Assembly (NCBI GenBank): GCA_003353845.1
Contig: PIVT01000010.1
Coordinates: forward strand, 4,042 to 68,041
Direction of reading: 5' to 3'
Length of the DNA: 64,000 nucleotides
DNA from: Pseudomonadota bacterium
Lineage (GTDB): Bacteria; Myxococcota_A; UBA9160; JADFDR01
Part shown: positions 35,194 through 44,066 of the stretch, one piece after another
Layout of the letters: the number at the start of each line of letters is the position of its first letter
Numbering within the stretch: position 1 is the first letter of the stretch
The notes under the pieces: model-generated
What the model was told of the DNA's origin: nothing
Seen by the model: only the letters and a program-made list of their open reading frames with translations
Databases searched by the model: none
Program-made: the position numbers and the translations under genes

Positions 35194-35982
35194 TCAATCC
35201 GCCTTGTCTAAGCGCTCGGCGGCGAATAGCGCGGCGCCCAGAGCCCCCGCGATTTGTGGATCCTCTGGCAGTTTTTGCAGCGTGATATCAAGCTTGTCTG
35301 CCAGGGCTTTCGCCAAGCCGTAATTCTTGGAACAGCCACCCGTCAGTGCGACATCCTCAATGACACCGACCCGCCGCGACATGGACATCAATCGAGAGGC
35401 TACGGAGTTGTTGATGCCGGCAATGATGTTCTTGACGTCAATGCCCTCGTTCACCAGGGTGACCACCTCCGACTCTGCGAAGACGCTGCACTGATTACTG
35501 ATCGTGCAAGGATTGTCGCCCTGATTTTCCAAGGCCGAGATCCCTTCGAGTCCGCAGTCGAGCGCTCGTGCCATGGCTTCGAAGAATCGCCCCGTACCCG
35601 CCGCACATCGGTCATTCATGGAGAATTCGAGCACCGCCCCTTTGGGTGAAACGGAAATCACTTTGCAATCCTGGCCACCGATGTCGATGACAGTTCGCAG
35701 AGAAGGGGTCATCCAGTGCGCACCCTTTGCGTGACAGGTGATTTCGGACATGTTTTCCGATGCATAGGGGATCTGAAGTCGCCCATAGCCAGTTACGACA
35801 ACGTTTTCGAGATGGTCGACGGAAGGCAATCCCGCTTGTTCAAGCGCTTGCCCCATGGCCTCGTCCGCTGTGATCACCGGGTTGGTAGTGGATTTGATAA
35901 CCTGCTGGCCGACAATGTCGCCATCCTTGAGGATGACTGCCTTACCGGTGGCAGAGCCTATGTCGATTCCTCCAACAATCAT
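35194..35982 (-). CDS. HgdC/BcrAD-BadFG-type ATPase (activase, [4Fe-4S]-bridged archerase)
   Basis: It has the ASKHA motifs GIDIGSATGKAV and DIGGQDCKVI, the cluster-ligand contexts NDRCAAGTGRF and SNQCSVFAESE, and a size of 262 aa. Confidence 0.9.
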   Translation of the reverse strand: MIVGGIDIGSATGKAVILKDGDIVGQQVIKSTTNPVITADEAMGQALEQAGLPSVDHLENVVVTGYGRLQIPYASENMSEITCHAKGAHWMTPSLRTVIDIGGQDCKVISVSPKGAVLEFSMNDRCAAGTGRFFEAMARALDCGLEGISALENQGDNPCTISNQCSVFAESEVVTLVNEGIDVKNIIAGINNSVASRLMSMSRRVGVIEDVALTGGCSKNYGLAKALADKLDITLQKLPEDPQIAGALGAALFAAERLDKAD

Positions 35983-36231
35983 TCAATCGCTTCCTTTTTG
36001 TAGGGGTGAGTCCGAGTCGGGCTTGAGAGGGTGGGGTGCGCTGAATTCGAAGCGGGGAGTTTCTTTTCGCCCTACGTTATGAACGTCGTAAGGCGTCGGA
36101 ATAAGGGTCACTTGGAAGGTTTTGAATTCATTCATATAAAGCAGCCACCGTAGTTGGATCAAAATAAGAATAAACGTTCGTTAGTTTTTTTGCTAGTGTC
36201 TAAAGGCGAAAAAACCTAGAAATATCAGTAG

Positions 36232-36255
36232 TTTAGAAAGTGTTTACTTTCTAAA
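36232..36255. promoter_or_regulatory. Perfect 10-bp inverted repeat TTTAGAAAGT-gttt-ACTTTCTAAA in the divergent intergenic region (candidate regulator binding site)
   Basis: Read directly from the sequence. An extra TCTAAAG half-site at 36199-36205 repeats 51 nt upstream of the one at 36250-36256. The region is A/T-rich and lies between the activase operon and the His-rich/CooT genes. Confidence 0.4.
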
Positions 36256-36348
36256 GTCAATAGACAACCATCGATTGTGACGGTTGAAAACAGGAAATGA
36301 CGCCTTCTATTCACCTAGAAGGCCTAGACGTGTCCGCAGAGAGGAAAG

Positions 36349-36571
36349 CATGGATTTTCTAGAAAAAGCTTCCACCCGCCTGAAACACTGGCTGGAGCAT
36401 AATCACCATCACGAGGCCGATTACGAGAGCTTCGCCCGCCAACTTGAGGAGGCGAACCAGGACGCCAGCGCGCAATGCATTCGAGATATGATTGCCTTGA
36501 CGCGAAAGAGCAGCGACTGTCTCACAAAGGCCTTGGAGTCCCTTGAGAGTTCTTCAAGCGGGAACAAGTGA
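36349..36571 (+). CDS. Small helical protein with a His cluster (possible metal-binding protein)
   Basis: The 74-aa product reads MDFLEKASTRLKHWLEHNHHHEADYE... and has two Cys further on. A GAGAGGAAAG RBS precedes the ATG at 36349; the ORF track starts at 36284. Confidence 0.45.
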
Positions 36572-36611
36572 AGAACCGTGACGGTTCGCAATCTAGACTA
36601 GGAGCACGGCC

Positions 36612-36806
36612 ATGTGCGATACGAATGCATTCCTTGTGAAACAAGGCGTTCAAGAAAAAATTTTGGAGAGCGTCGACCGTGTCGAATTTCTGGATGGTGA
36701 AATTCGGTTGACGAATATCTTCGGCGAGCAGAGTACGCTGCGCGCAAAGCCGACGCTCTTTGATAACACCCAGGGAGTTCTTCTTTTCGAACCCATCGAC
36801 GGGTAA
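36612..36806 (+). CDS. cooT: CooT-family small nickel-binding protein
   Basis: The 64-aa product starts MCDTNAFLV (invariant Cys2) and continues ...ILESVDRVEFLDGEIRLTNIFGEQ..., matching the CooT-family beta-barrel pattern. A GGAG RBS is present. Confidence 0.6.
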   Translation: MCDTNAFLVKQGVQEKILESVDRVEFLDGEIRLTNIFGEQSTLRAKPTLFDNTQGVLLFEPIDG

Positions 36807-36858
36807 TGGCGCACTTGGCTCTCGACTGATTATTCTGAAGAGGTTTGGAGAGAGTCTC

Positions 36859-38283
36859 CTAAGACTCGGACTCACCAAGATCGGTGGGTTCTTTGTCCCC
36901 GTCTTCGAGGTAGGGGGCGAGGTCCTCATAGCGGCGGTACAGGGTTCGTCGGTCGATGCCGAGAATTCGGGCCGCCTGCATTTTGTTGCCATCGGTACGC
37001 TTGAGAACTTCAGCGATGTATCGGTCTTCGAGTTCTTGAAGCTTCGGTAGGTCTTCGATCGAGTGTTCGAAGAGGTTACCTTGGTTTAGAAGGTTTGTGC
37101 CTAGCTCCTCCTCGTCGAGGAAAGGAAATGCATCTGCATCGATCTCTAAATAATCGGAAAGCGTAATGGCGCGCTCGATGGCATTTTCCAACTCTCGGCC
37201 GTTTCCTTTCCAGGGCGCGGATGCAAGCTTCTTGATCGCCCCCGGTGTAAGACGTTGGCGAGGATCGACTTCATGTCTGCGAAGAAACGCCTCGGCCAAG
37301 ACGCTGATGTCTTCGGGACGTTCTCTGAGGGGGGGGATGTGAATGGGGATGACGCTCAAGCGGTAGTATAGATCTTCTCTGAAGTCTTCTGTCTCAATAC
37401 GGCTTCGCAGGTTTTGATTGGTTGCGGCAATCAGGCGGACATTGGTCCGAAAGGAACGAGTGGCACCGACGGGTCTGACCTCACCGTCTTGCAGGACGCG
37501 CAATAGCTTCGCTTGCATCAAGGGGCTGATATCACCGATTTCATCAAGGAATAGCGTGCCGTCATTCGCTTCCTCGAAGAGGCCTTTCTTTGCAGTGTGG
37601 GCTCCGGTAAAGGCGCCGCGGACGTGCCCGAAAAGTTCACTCTCAAGGAGATTTTCAGGTAGTGCAGTGCAATTGACAGGGATGAAGGCCTCAGACGCAC
37701 GGTCGCTTGAGAAGTGTATCGCTCGTGCCACCACCTCTTTCCCAGTGCCACTTTCGCCTGTGATCAAAACGGTGCTGCGATTAAGCGCAACTTTACGCAC
37801 GACGGCAAAGATCTCGCGCATTGCGGGGCTCTCTCCAAGCAAATCACCATAGGAACTTGTTTGAGCTGCGACAGTTCGCCGTAACTTCGTGTTTTCGTCC
37901 GCAAGGAGCCGATATTCGAAGGCGCGCTCAAGCGTGATGAGCACTTCCTTTCGTTTGAAAGGCTTTGTGATGTAGTGAAATGCCCCAAGTCGCATGGCTT
38001 CCACAGCAGTATCAATTCGCCCAAAGGCGGTCATGAGTATGACTGGTGTGGATGGCCGAAGCTCACGGATTTCACCCAGCAGCTCAATCCCTGATTTGCC
38101 CGGCATTCGAATGTCACTGAGAATGGCCGTGACATCACGGCCTTGAAGAAGCTCTATGGCTTCATCGGCGGAAGAAACGGGAATTCCCTCGATGTTCTCT
38201 TCTTCGAGCATTGAGCAAAGCGTACTTCGCATTGCCGAGTCGTCGTCAACAATCAGGACTGAATGAAGTTTGTTCGTGGTCAT
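36859..38283 (-). CDS. Sigma54-dependent response regulator (NtrC family: receiver, AAA+, Fis-type HTH)
   Basis: It has VLIVDDDSAMR...DIRMPGKSG (receiver), GESGTGKEVVARAIH (Walker A), GAFTGA, ESELFGH and a C-terminal AARILGIDRRTLYRR. Confidence 0.9.
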   Translation of the reverse strand: MTTNKLHSVLIVDDDSAMRSTLCSMLEEENIEGIPVSSADEAIELLQGRDVTAILSDIRMPGKSGIELLGEIRELRPSTPVILMTAFGRIDTAVEAMRLGAFHYITKPFKRKEVLITLERAFEYRLLADENTKLRRTVAAQTSSYGDLLGESPAMREIFAVVRKVALNRSTVLITGESGTGKEVVARAIHFSSDRASEAFIPVNCTALPENLLESELFGHVRGAFTGAHTAKKGLFEEANDGTLFLDEIGDISPLMQAKLLRVLQDGEVRPVGATRSFRTNVRLIAATNQNLRSRIETEDFREDLYYRLSVIPIHIPPLRERPEDISVLAEAFLRRHEVDPRQRLTPGAIKKLASAPWKGNGRELENAIERAITLSDYLEIDADAFPFLDEEELGTNLLNQGNLFEHSIEDLPKLQELEDRYIAEVLKRTDGNKMQAARILGIDRRTLYRRYEDLAPYLEDGDKEPTDLGESES

Positions 38284-38512
38284 TCGTTACAAGATCTCTT
38301 TGTCGTTCGGTTCCGCTGCCAGGCGGATGCATTAGCTGGAAGTCGAAGCTTAACAATTGTTGAAGAAACTATCGACTCGATCAGCTGCCTTGCGGGCAGG
38401 GAAGGATTAGTGAGGAATTCTGCGGTCATGCGCGAGAAGTGCTTCCTTTGAGCCCCTCGTTTTTTGCATAGACTGTAGTGAGCCGAGGGGAGGACTGGTG
38501 TGGGTTTCTTGC

Positions 38513-39514
38513 TCAGTACTTCTTGTTTCCCAGTTTCTGTTGATGTCGGAACCAGCGTGCAGCTTCGGCGATGGATTCTTCAACCGGTCGGGGATTCCAA
38601 TGAAGTTCGTTTCGAGCTTTGCTGTTGTCGAAATCCTGAATGATTCGCGTCAGGCGAAGGCTTTTCACAGACACTTGGGTTTCCCGACCCAATAACCAGT
38701 GAGCCCGTTCAGAAAGCCAGCAACTCAGGTACATCACCCACATGGGCACGCTGGGCACAGGCCAGCGTAGGCCTGTGGCCTTGGCGGCAATGTCCCAGAT
38801 TTGCTTGAGGCTAAGCGTTCGGTCGGTAATCAAGTAGCGCTCGCCGAGGCGGCCATGCTTCTCCGCCAGAACCATGGCGTTGGCGGCATCTTGAATCCCA
38901 ACGGCACTGAAGCGCCCACCCCAAGCGGGCAGCAAGCCGCGAATGACCTCGGTGATCATCCAGCCGTGAGGTGTGGGTTGGAGGTCTTCGGCACCGTAGG
39001 TCATGGCGACATTGCAGGCGACGCCGGGTAGGCCGCGCTTGCAATAGTCGAGAAAAAGCTCCTCGGCTTCGACACGCACGCATACGTATTCCGAAGCTTG
39101 GTCCGCCCAGTTGAAGGCGTCGGCTTCCGTGGCTATCCCCGTTGGATTCAAGCCCAAGGTCATGAAGGTACTGGTATAGATGAAGCGCTCGACGCCGACA
39201 TCCAGAGCCGCGTCCAAGACATTGCGCAAGCCTTCGACGTTGGTGACGCGCAGGGGGGCAGGGTCTTTTAGCCAGGCTCGCGTGTCCACCACGCAATAAT
39301 AGATGGTGGAACAGCCCTGCATGGCTTCGCGTAGCGAGTCTGCGTCGCACACATCACCAATCGCGCGCTCAACTTTTAGATGATCGATGGCCGAAGTGTC
39401 GCTCGTCGCACGAGTGAAGATGCGGATCTCGCGGCCATCCTTGGCCAGTGTCCTGACGACGTGACTGCCGAGAAACCCGCTGGCGCCCATTACCAGGGCT
39501 TTTCCTTCTGACAT
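38513..39514 (-). CDS. Extended-SDR NAD(P)-dependent epimerase/dehydratase or 3beta-hydroxysteroid dehydrogenase-like reductase
   Basis: It has VMGASGFLGSHVV (the GxxGxxG of extended SDRs). The start is moved to MSEGKALVMG (39514); the ORF track gives 39577. Confidence 0.75.
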   Translation of the reverse strand: MSEGKALVMGASGFLGSHVVRTLAKDGREIRIFTRATSDTSAIDHLKVERAIGDVCDADSLREAMQGCSTIYYCVVDTRAWLKDPAPLRVTNVEGLRNVLDAALDVGVERFIYTSTFMTLGLNPTGIATEADAFNWADQASEYVCVRVEAEELFLDYCKRGLPGVACNVAMTYGAEDLQPTPHGWMITEVIRGLLPAWGGRFSAVGIQDAANAMVLAEKHGRLGERYLITDRTLSLKQIWDIAAKATGLRWPVPSVPMWVMYLSCWLSERAHWLLGRETQVSVKSLRLTRIIQDFDNSKARNELHWNPRPVEESIAEAARWFRHQQKLGNKKY

Positions 39515-39584
39515 GCTTATCCTTTGCTGCGGGTGTCTGGCACGCTGGGGTGGAAGGTGGAAGGTACCTTTCTTCAATTCAGGA

Positions 39585-41393
39585 TCAAGCGAGAGGCGGA
39601 GTACCGGTCACGTGGCGTGCCGCTCGGTAGCCAAAGGTCATGGAGGGGCCAATGGTGCCGCCAGCGCCGGGGTAGCTGGCCCCCATCACGGAGGCGGAAC
39701 AATTACCCGTGGCATACAGCCCGGGGATGGGGCTGTCATCTTCGCGAAGCACACGGGCATGGGCGTCGGTGCGCAATCCGCCCTTGGTGCCGAGGTCTCC
39801 CGGCACCACTTTGATGGCATAGAAGGGCGGTTTCTCAATGGGGGCGATACAGGGATTGGGTTTGACTAGAACATCGCCATAGTAACGGTCGATGGTTGTT
39901 TCGCCGCGTCGAAAATCAGGATCTTGTCCCTTGCGGGCAGAGGCATTGTATCGTTCGAGTTCACTCGCAAGGCCTTGGGGATCGATGCCGCACTGGCGAG
40001 CGAGGTCTTCGATACTGTCGGCCTTCTTCAAAAAACCACTTTTTATATATTTCTTCGTGGGCATGCCCAGCATGATCGGGCCGAGGGGATAACGCATGTG
40101 GAAGCGGTGATCGGCAATTTGGAAGGCGGGAATGGCCTTAGCGCCCTGGCGGTGATGCTCCAATTGGGCGTGACCCACATCTAGATAGGGAGCCGCTTCG
40201 TTGGTAAAACGATGGCCCGCTGCATCGACGATGATGGTTCCAGGCAGTGTACGTTCAGGCAAAAGGAACCAGGGAAAATCCTTTCCTTGTTCACGACTGA
40301 GTTCTGTCCACCAGGAGCCCTTGGCGTACCAGGGGAGGAGATGTCCGGGAACCATGGTCGTAGGCATCCACCAAGCTTCGTCCATATTGCCCAGGGAGGC
40401 GCCGACCTCCACGCCCATGCGGATGGCGTCCCCCGTGTTTTCGGGACTACCCGACGACCAGGTCGCGCAATCACTAGAAAAATGGTGGGCTTGTCGCAAC
40501 GTGGGATTTTTGTCAAAGCCACCCGCCGCAATGATGACGCCTTGACGCGCGCGAATTCGGATCGGTTGGCCGCAGCGAGTGGCTTCGACTCCGACAACGC
40601 GCTCGCCTTCGCTAATGAGTTTCGTCACCGGGCTTTCGAGCCAGAGCGGGATGGAACGTTCCATCAGGGCCAGTCGCAGCGCTCCGCACAGCGCATTTCC
40701 AAGCGTGAGGCGCGTGTCTCTCCGAGCAAAAGAGCGTGTGGGGTTTAGAAGGTAGGAGGCGAAGCTAGTCAGAATCGCGAAGCGGGCGCGAAGAGAGGCG
40801 CTTACCATGTCGCGAGCCTCGGCGCTGCGGATCATCCAGCGCCCGAGGATCAAGAGATGTGGTCCGGGAACGCGAAGCTCTTTTCCCCGCTCTCCTAGTT
40901 TTCGCAGGTTGAAGGGCAGAGATTCAAGAGTACGACCTCCCTCGGGTTTGCTGCCCTCCACATGGGGGTAGTAATCGGGGTAATCGCTAGAGATTTCAAA
41001 GCGGAGCGGGCTGTTTTTTTCCAGGTAAGCGACAACTTCAGGGCTGGATTCGACATAGGCTTGGAGCAGTTCTTCTGCGACGCAGCCAGAAGTGATACTT
41101 CGCAGATAGCTAAGCGCTTCCCCTGGAGAGTCACTTAACTGAGCCTTGGCCATGAGGTGGTTATTGGGGATCCAGATGGAGCCGCCCGAAATAGCGGTGG
41201 AGCCGCCAAACACTGAGCTTTTTTCGAGGACCAGGGTCTTGCTGCCGCAGTCTTTTGCCACGAGCGCCGCGGTCATGGCGCCGCCACCAGATCCGATCAC
41301 GACGACATCAACCTCTTCATCCCAATCTGCCACGGTGCCTTTGGTCCTTTCTATAGCGGGGGTTGACTCGTACCGGGAGGGAGAGATTAGCAC
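39585..41393 (-). CDS. FAD-binding flavoprotein, 3-ketosteroid delta1-dehydrogenase/fumarate-reductase-like (FAD_binding_2)
   Basis: It has the dinucleotide fold VDVVVIGSGGGAMTAAL...LEKSSVFGGSTAISGG and the C-terminal GLYATGNCSASVMGASYPGAGGTIG. Confidence 0.8.
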   Translation of the reverse strand: MLISPSRYESTPAIERTKGTVADWDEEVDVVVIGSGGGAMTAALVAKDCGSKTLVLEKSSVFGGSTAISGGSIWIPNNHLMAKAQLSDSPGEALSYLRSITSGCVAEELLQAYVESSPEVVAYLEKNSPLRFEISSDYPDYYPHVEGSKPEGGRTLESLPFNLRKLGERGKELRVPGPHLLILGRWMIRSAEARDMVSASLRARFAILTSFASYLLNPTRSFARRDTRLTLGNALCGALRLALMERSIPLWLESPVTKLISEGERVVGVEATRCGQPIRIRARQGVIIAAGGFDKNPTLRQAHHFSSDCATWSSGSPENTGDAIRMGVEVGASLGNMDEAWWMPTTMVPGHLLPWYAKGSWWTELSREQGKDFPWFLLPERTLPGTIIVDAAGHRFTNEAAPYLDVGHAQLEHHRQGAKAIPAFQIADHRFHMRYPLGPIMLGMPTKKYIKSGFLKKADSIEDLARQCGIDPQGLASELERYNASARKGQDPDFRRGETTIDRYYGDVLVKPNPCIAPIEKPPFYAIKVVPGDLGTKGGLRTDAHARVLREDDSPIPGLYATGNCSASVMGASYPGAGGTIGPSMTFGYRAARHVTGTPPLA

Positions 41394-41423
41394 CTTGATC
41401 GGTACCCGGCCTCCATCGAGGGT

Positions 41424-42209
41424 TCAGGTGGCCGCTAAAAGCCGTTGGATCACTTCGTAGACTTTTGGATTTAACGCAAAGCCCATGTGCGAGGAGTCGA
41501 CTTCAATGTATTCAACGCAGGGCTGATTCTTGAGTCGGGCTGCGGAACTTGGGACGATGCCGTCTCTCTCGCTGTATATGACTTTGATGGGCACATCATT
41601 GGTTTTCAAGCGGCGCAGTTTTAGCCAAACCCCAAAGTCTTGTTCTTCCAGGGGGACGTCCGATCCTTTGACTCGATTTAGTAATTTGTAAAGCGATGTG
41701 CTGCGCGGGTCCCCGTAAGGTGCTCCCATAGTAATCACGTTGCGCGTCAGGTCAGGAACTTCTTGTGAGGCGTCCAAGGCATAAGCACCGCCCATGCTCC
41801 AGCCGACGAGGGAGACTTTTCTCTTTTCAGATTGATAAATTTCTTTGATGCGCTCGACGACAAGACCGCTCATTTTTTTACGGAAGGCGGCGGCCTCCTC
41901 GATTCGGTGGATGCTGTCTTCAGCAGTATCAAAGTTGACGCCTAGCTTCAAGGGGTGCGCTTGGTAACCGATCTTGTTGAGGTAATGTCGAATCAGACCC
42001 ATGGACCCGTCACCCGCGCCATAGCCGGGCAGCGTTAACACAGGGTGTCCATCACCGGGGTGGGCTTTCTTGATCAGTCGCGGCATGCCTACCAGCAGCC
42101 GCGCTACTTCTGCGCCTGAGCGCGGGAACTCACTTAGGGCAAGGGATAGACTCGGTGGTGTTGGGTGGTCGAGCACCAATTCGGATGAAGTCATCCGTTG
42201 ATTGTACAC
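41424..42209 (-). CDS. Alpha/beta-fold hydrolase
   Basis: It has the nucleophile elbow VSLVGWSMGGAYA and a C-terminal D...H pattern (SERDGIV, DSSHMGF). The start is uncertain. Confidence 0.65.
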   Translation of the reverse strand: MYNQRMTSSELVLDHPTPPSLSLALSEFPRSGAEVARLLVGMPRLIKKAHPGDGHPVLTLPGYGAGDGSMGLIRHYLNKIGYQAHPLKLGVNFDTAEDSIHRIEEAAAFRKKMSGLVVERIKEIYQSEKRKVSLVGWSMGGAYALDASQEVPDLTRNVITMGAPYGDPRSTSLYKLLNRVKGSDVPLEEQDFGVWLKLRRLKTNDVPIKVIYSERDGIVPSSAARLKNQPCVEYIEVDSSHMGFALNPKVYEVIQRLLAAT

Positions 42210-42218
42210 CCTGAGAGT

Positions 42219-43883
42219 CTATTGACCCAAGGTTTCTACCAATCTCTTGCTACTCGCATGGTTCGCAGCGCGGCGACCCGAAAAGACGCAATCGGCGATG
42301 GAAAGCCCGCTGACATAACCACTGGAAGAGACACCCACAGCCGTGCGACCCGCGGCGTAGAGTCCATGAATTTCCGAACCATCCTCGCGTTTGACTTCAC
42401 CCGTTTCTTCGTTGACCACGAGTCCGCCCAGGGTCAAGGTGGCTCCGGCAAAGGCGTCGAGGGAGATGTTGATACCGACGAAAGGCGGTTTGAGTTCGTG
42501 GAAGAAGGCTGGCATTTTGCCCATGGGATCGCCTTCGCCGTTATTACGAGCCAAGGCGTTGTATTCTTCGATGGTCTCTATCAGTGTGTCTGCTGGAATG
42601 CCAAAGCGTTTTCCCAGTTGTTCAACACTGCCCGCTCGCTTCCCTGTGTAAAGGAACAAGGTGGTGAGCATGGACTGAAACCACTTGGCTCGATCGGGAA
42701 GGAGGCCTCTGTGGGCTTGTCGCCAGAGTTTGGTGTCAATGATGAGAATGCCTTGGGTTGCATTCTCTTCATTGCACATGAATTCGCCAGCCTTGGCACC
42801 GTAGTACTGCTCATTGCAAATGCGCTTGCCCTTGCGATTGACCAGGATGCCCTTGGGAAAGGCATCAGGAGGATTGATGAAACGCCAAAAGGAAACGTTT
42901 CCCATCATGTCCGTCGCGCCACCAGCGTTACACCCCAGTTGAATACCGCTGCCATCGTCGCCTTGAGAACCCAGTGGGATACCGGCCAGATAACGCGGGG
43001 CATGTTCTTTGAGCATCTCACGGTTGTAAATGAAACCGCCGGATGAAAGGATCACACCTGACTTTGCCCGGATGCGCTTGGGGACTGCAAAGCGCTCGGC
43101 CAGCGCATACAAGAAGAGGGCGATATAGCGGAAGGGCGGGAAGCCCAGGGTGACATAACGTGTGTTGTATTCAAATGCGCCGACGAAGTTGTGGAAGCGC
43201 GCCCAAAAGCTGTCTTCCGGAATCACTGCGGCTTCAACGCCGATAGTGTTTCCGTCTTCGCCAGTAAGGATGCGCGTTACTTTACTCTGGCAGCGAATGC
43301 GCACACCTTTTTGAACGGCGGCGCTGCGCAATGGATCATAGAAATCTCGCCCGCCCATGCCCTTGCCAATGGGTTTGTGGCCGCGGGGTGCGGGCTCGGA
43401 GGTTTGCGTGTAGGGGAGAAAGGACTCGTTCCCCGAGTAGTAGAGATTGTACTTGTCGATGGGGTAAGAGGTTTTGAAGGTGCAAAAATTCGGTCCGAAG
43501 ACGACGCCGTTGTCTTCTAGAAATTGCAGGTTGTCCGGGCTCTCATCGCAGAACTTTCGCAGCGTTTCGTCTTTCACAACGCCTCGCGTTTCTTGGGTCA
43601 GGTAATTAAACATGTTTTCGGGTGTGTCATCGAAGCCCGCCTCTTTCTGATAGGGGGTGCCGCCCCCGCCATAGAAGACACCGCCACTCATGCGCGTGGC
43701 GCCTCCCCCGGCATAGCGTTCCAGCACCAGGGTATCGGCTCCGTTGTCGGCGGCTTCGAGAGCGGCTGAAACGCCCGCTCCCCCAAATCCGACCACGATG
43801 ACATCGGCCTCATCATCCCAGGGCTGGGAGGGGGTAGGTTGGAAGGAAGTGTGTTCAGGGGAGGTGGCTTCGGATGACGGCAT
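42219..43883 (-). CDS. FAD-binding flavoprotein, KstD/fumarate-reductase-like (second copy)
   Basis: It has ADVIVVGFGGAGVSAALEAA...LERYAGGGATRMSGG and the C-terminal GLYAAGRTAVGV. Confidence 0.8.
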   Translation of the reverse strand: MPSSEATSPEHTSFQPTPSQPWDDEADVIVVGFGGAGVSAALEAADNGADTLVLERYAGGGATRMSGGVFYGGGGTPYQKEAGFDDTPENMFNYLTQETRGVVKDETLRKFCDESPDNLQFLEDNGVVFGPNFCTFKTSYPIDKYNLYYSGNESFLPYTQTSEPAPRGHKPIGKGMGGRDFYDPLRSAAVQKGVRIRCQSKVTRILTGEDGNTIGVEAAVIPEDSFWARFHNFVGAFEYNTRYVTLGFPPFRYIALFLYALAERFAVPKRIRAKSGVILSSGGFIYNREMLKEHAPRYLAGIPLGSQGDDGSGIQLGCNAGGATDMMGNVSFWRFINPPDAFPKGILVNRKGKRICNEQYYGAKAGEFMCNEENATQGILIIDTKLWRQAHRGLLPDRAKWFQSMLTTLFLYTGKRAGSVEQLGKRFGIPADTLIETIEEYNALARNNGEGDPMGKMPAFFHELKPPFVGINISLDAFAGATLTLGGLVVNEETGEVKREDGSEIHGLYAAGRTAVGVSSSGYVSGLSIADCVFSGRRAANHASSKRLVETLGQ

Positions 43884-44066
43884 CTACGTATCTCCGATTG
43901 GATTGAAGTAGTGGGGTTAAAACTGTAGCAGGTCTGATGAGAACGTAATGAGGCAAAGACTGGAATGACAAATTGCCGCGAGGGGGTGGGTTCGGTTATG
44001 TATAGGTTCACGGATCGAGCCCTGCGGGCTGGCCGGATCTGGAATGATGAAAGGATCTACCCTTAA

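Noticed and set aside
36135-36150. A possible sigma54 promoter (TGGCTGCTTTATATGA, minus strand) for the activase operon.
   Set aside because: GG is present, but the position where the -12 GC should lie reads TG. This is not convincing without a PWM score or a mapped 5' end.
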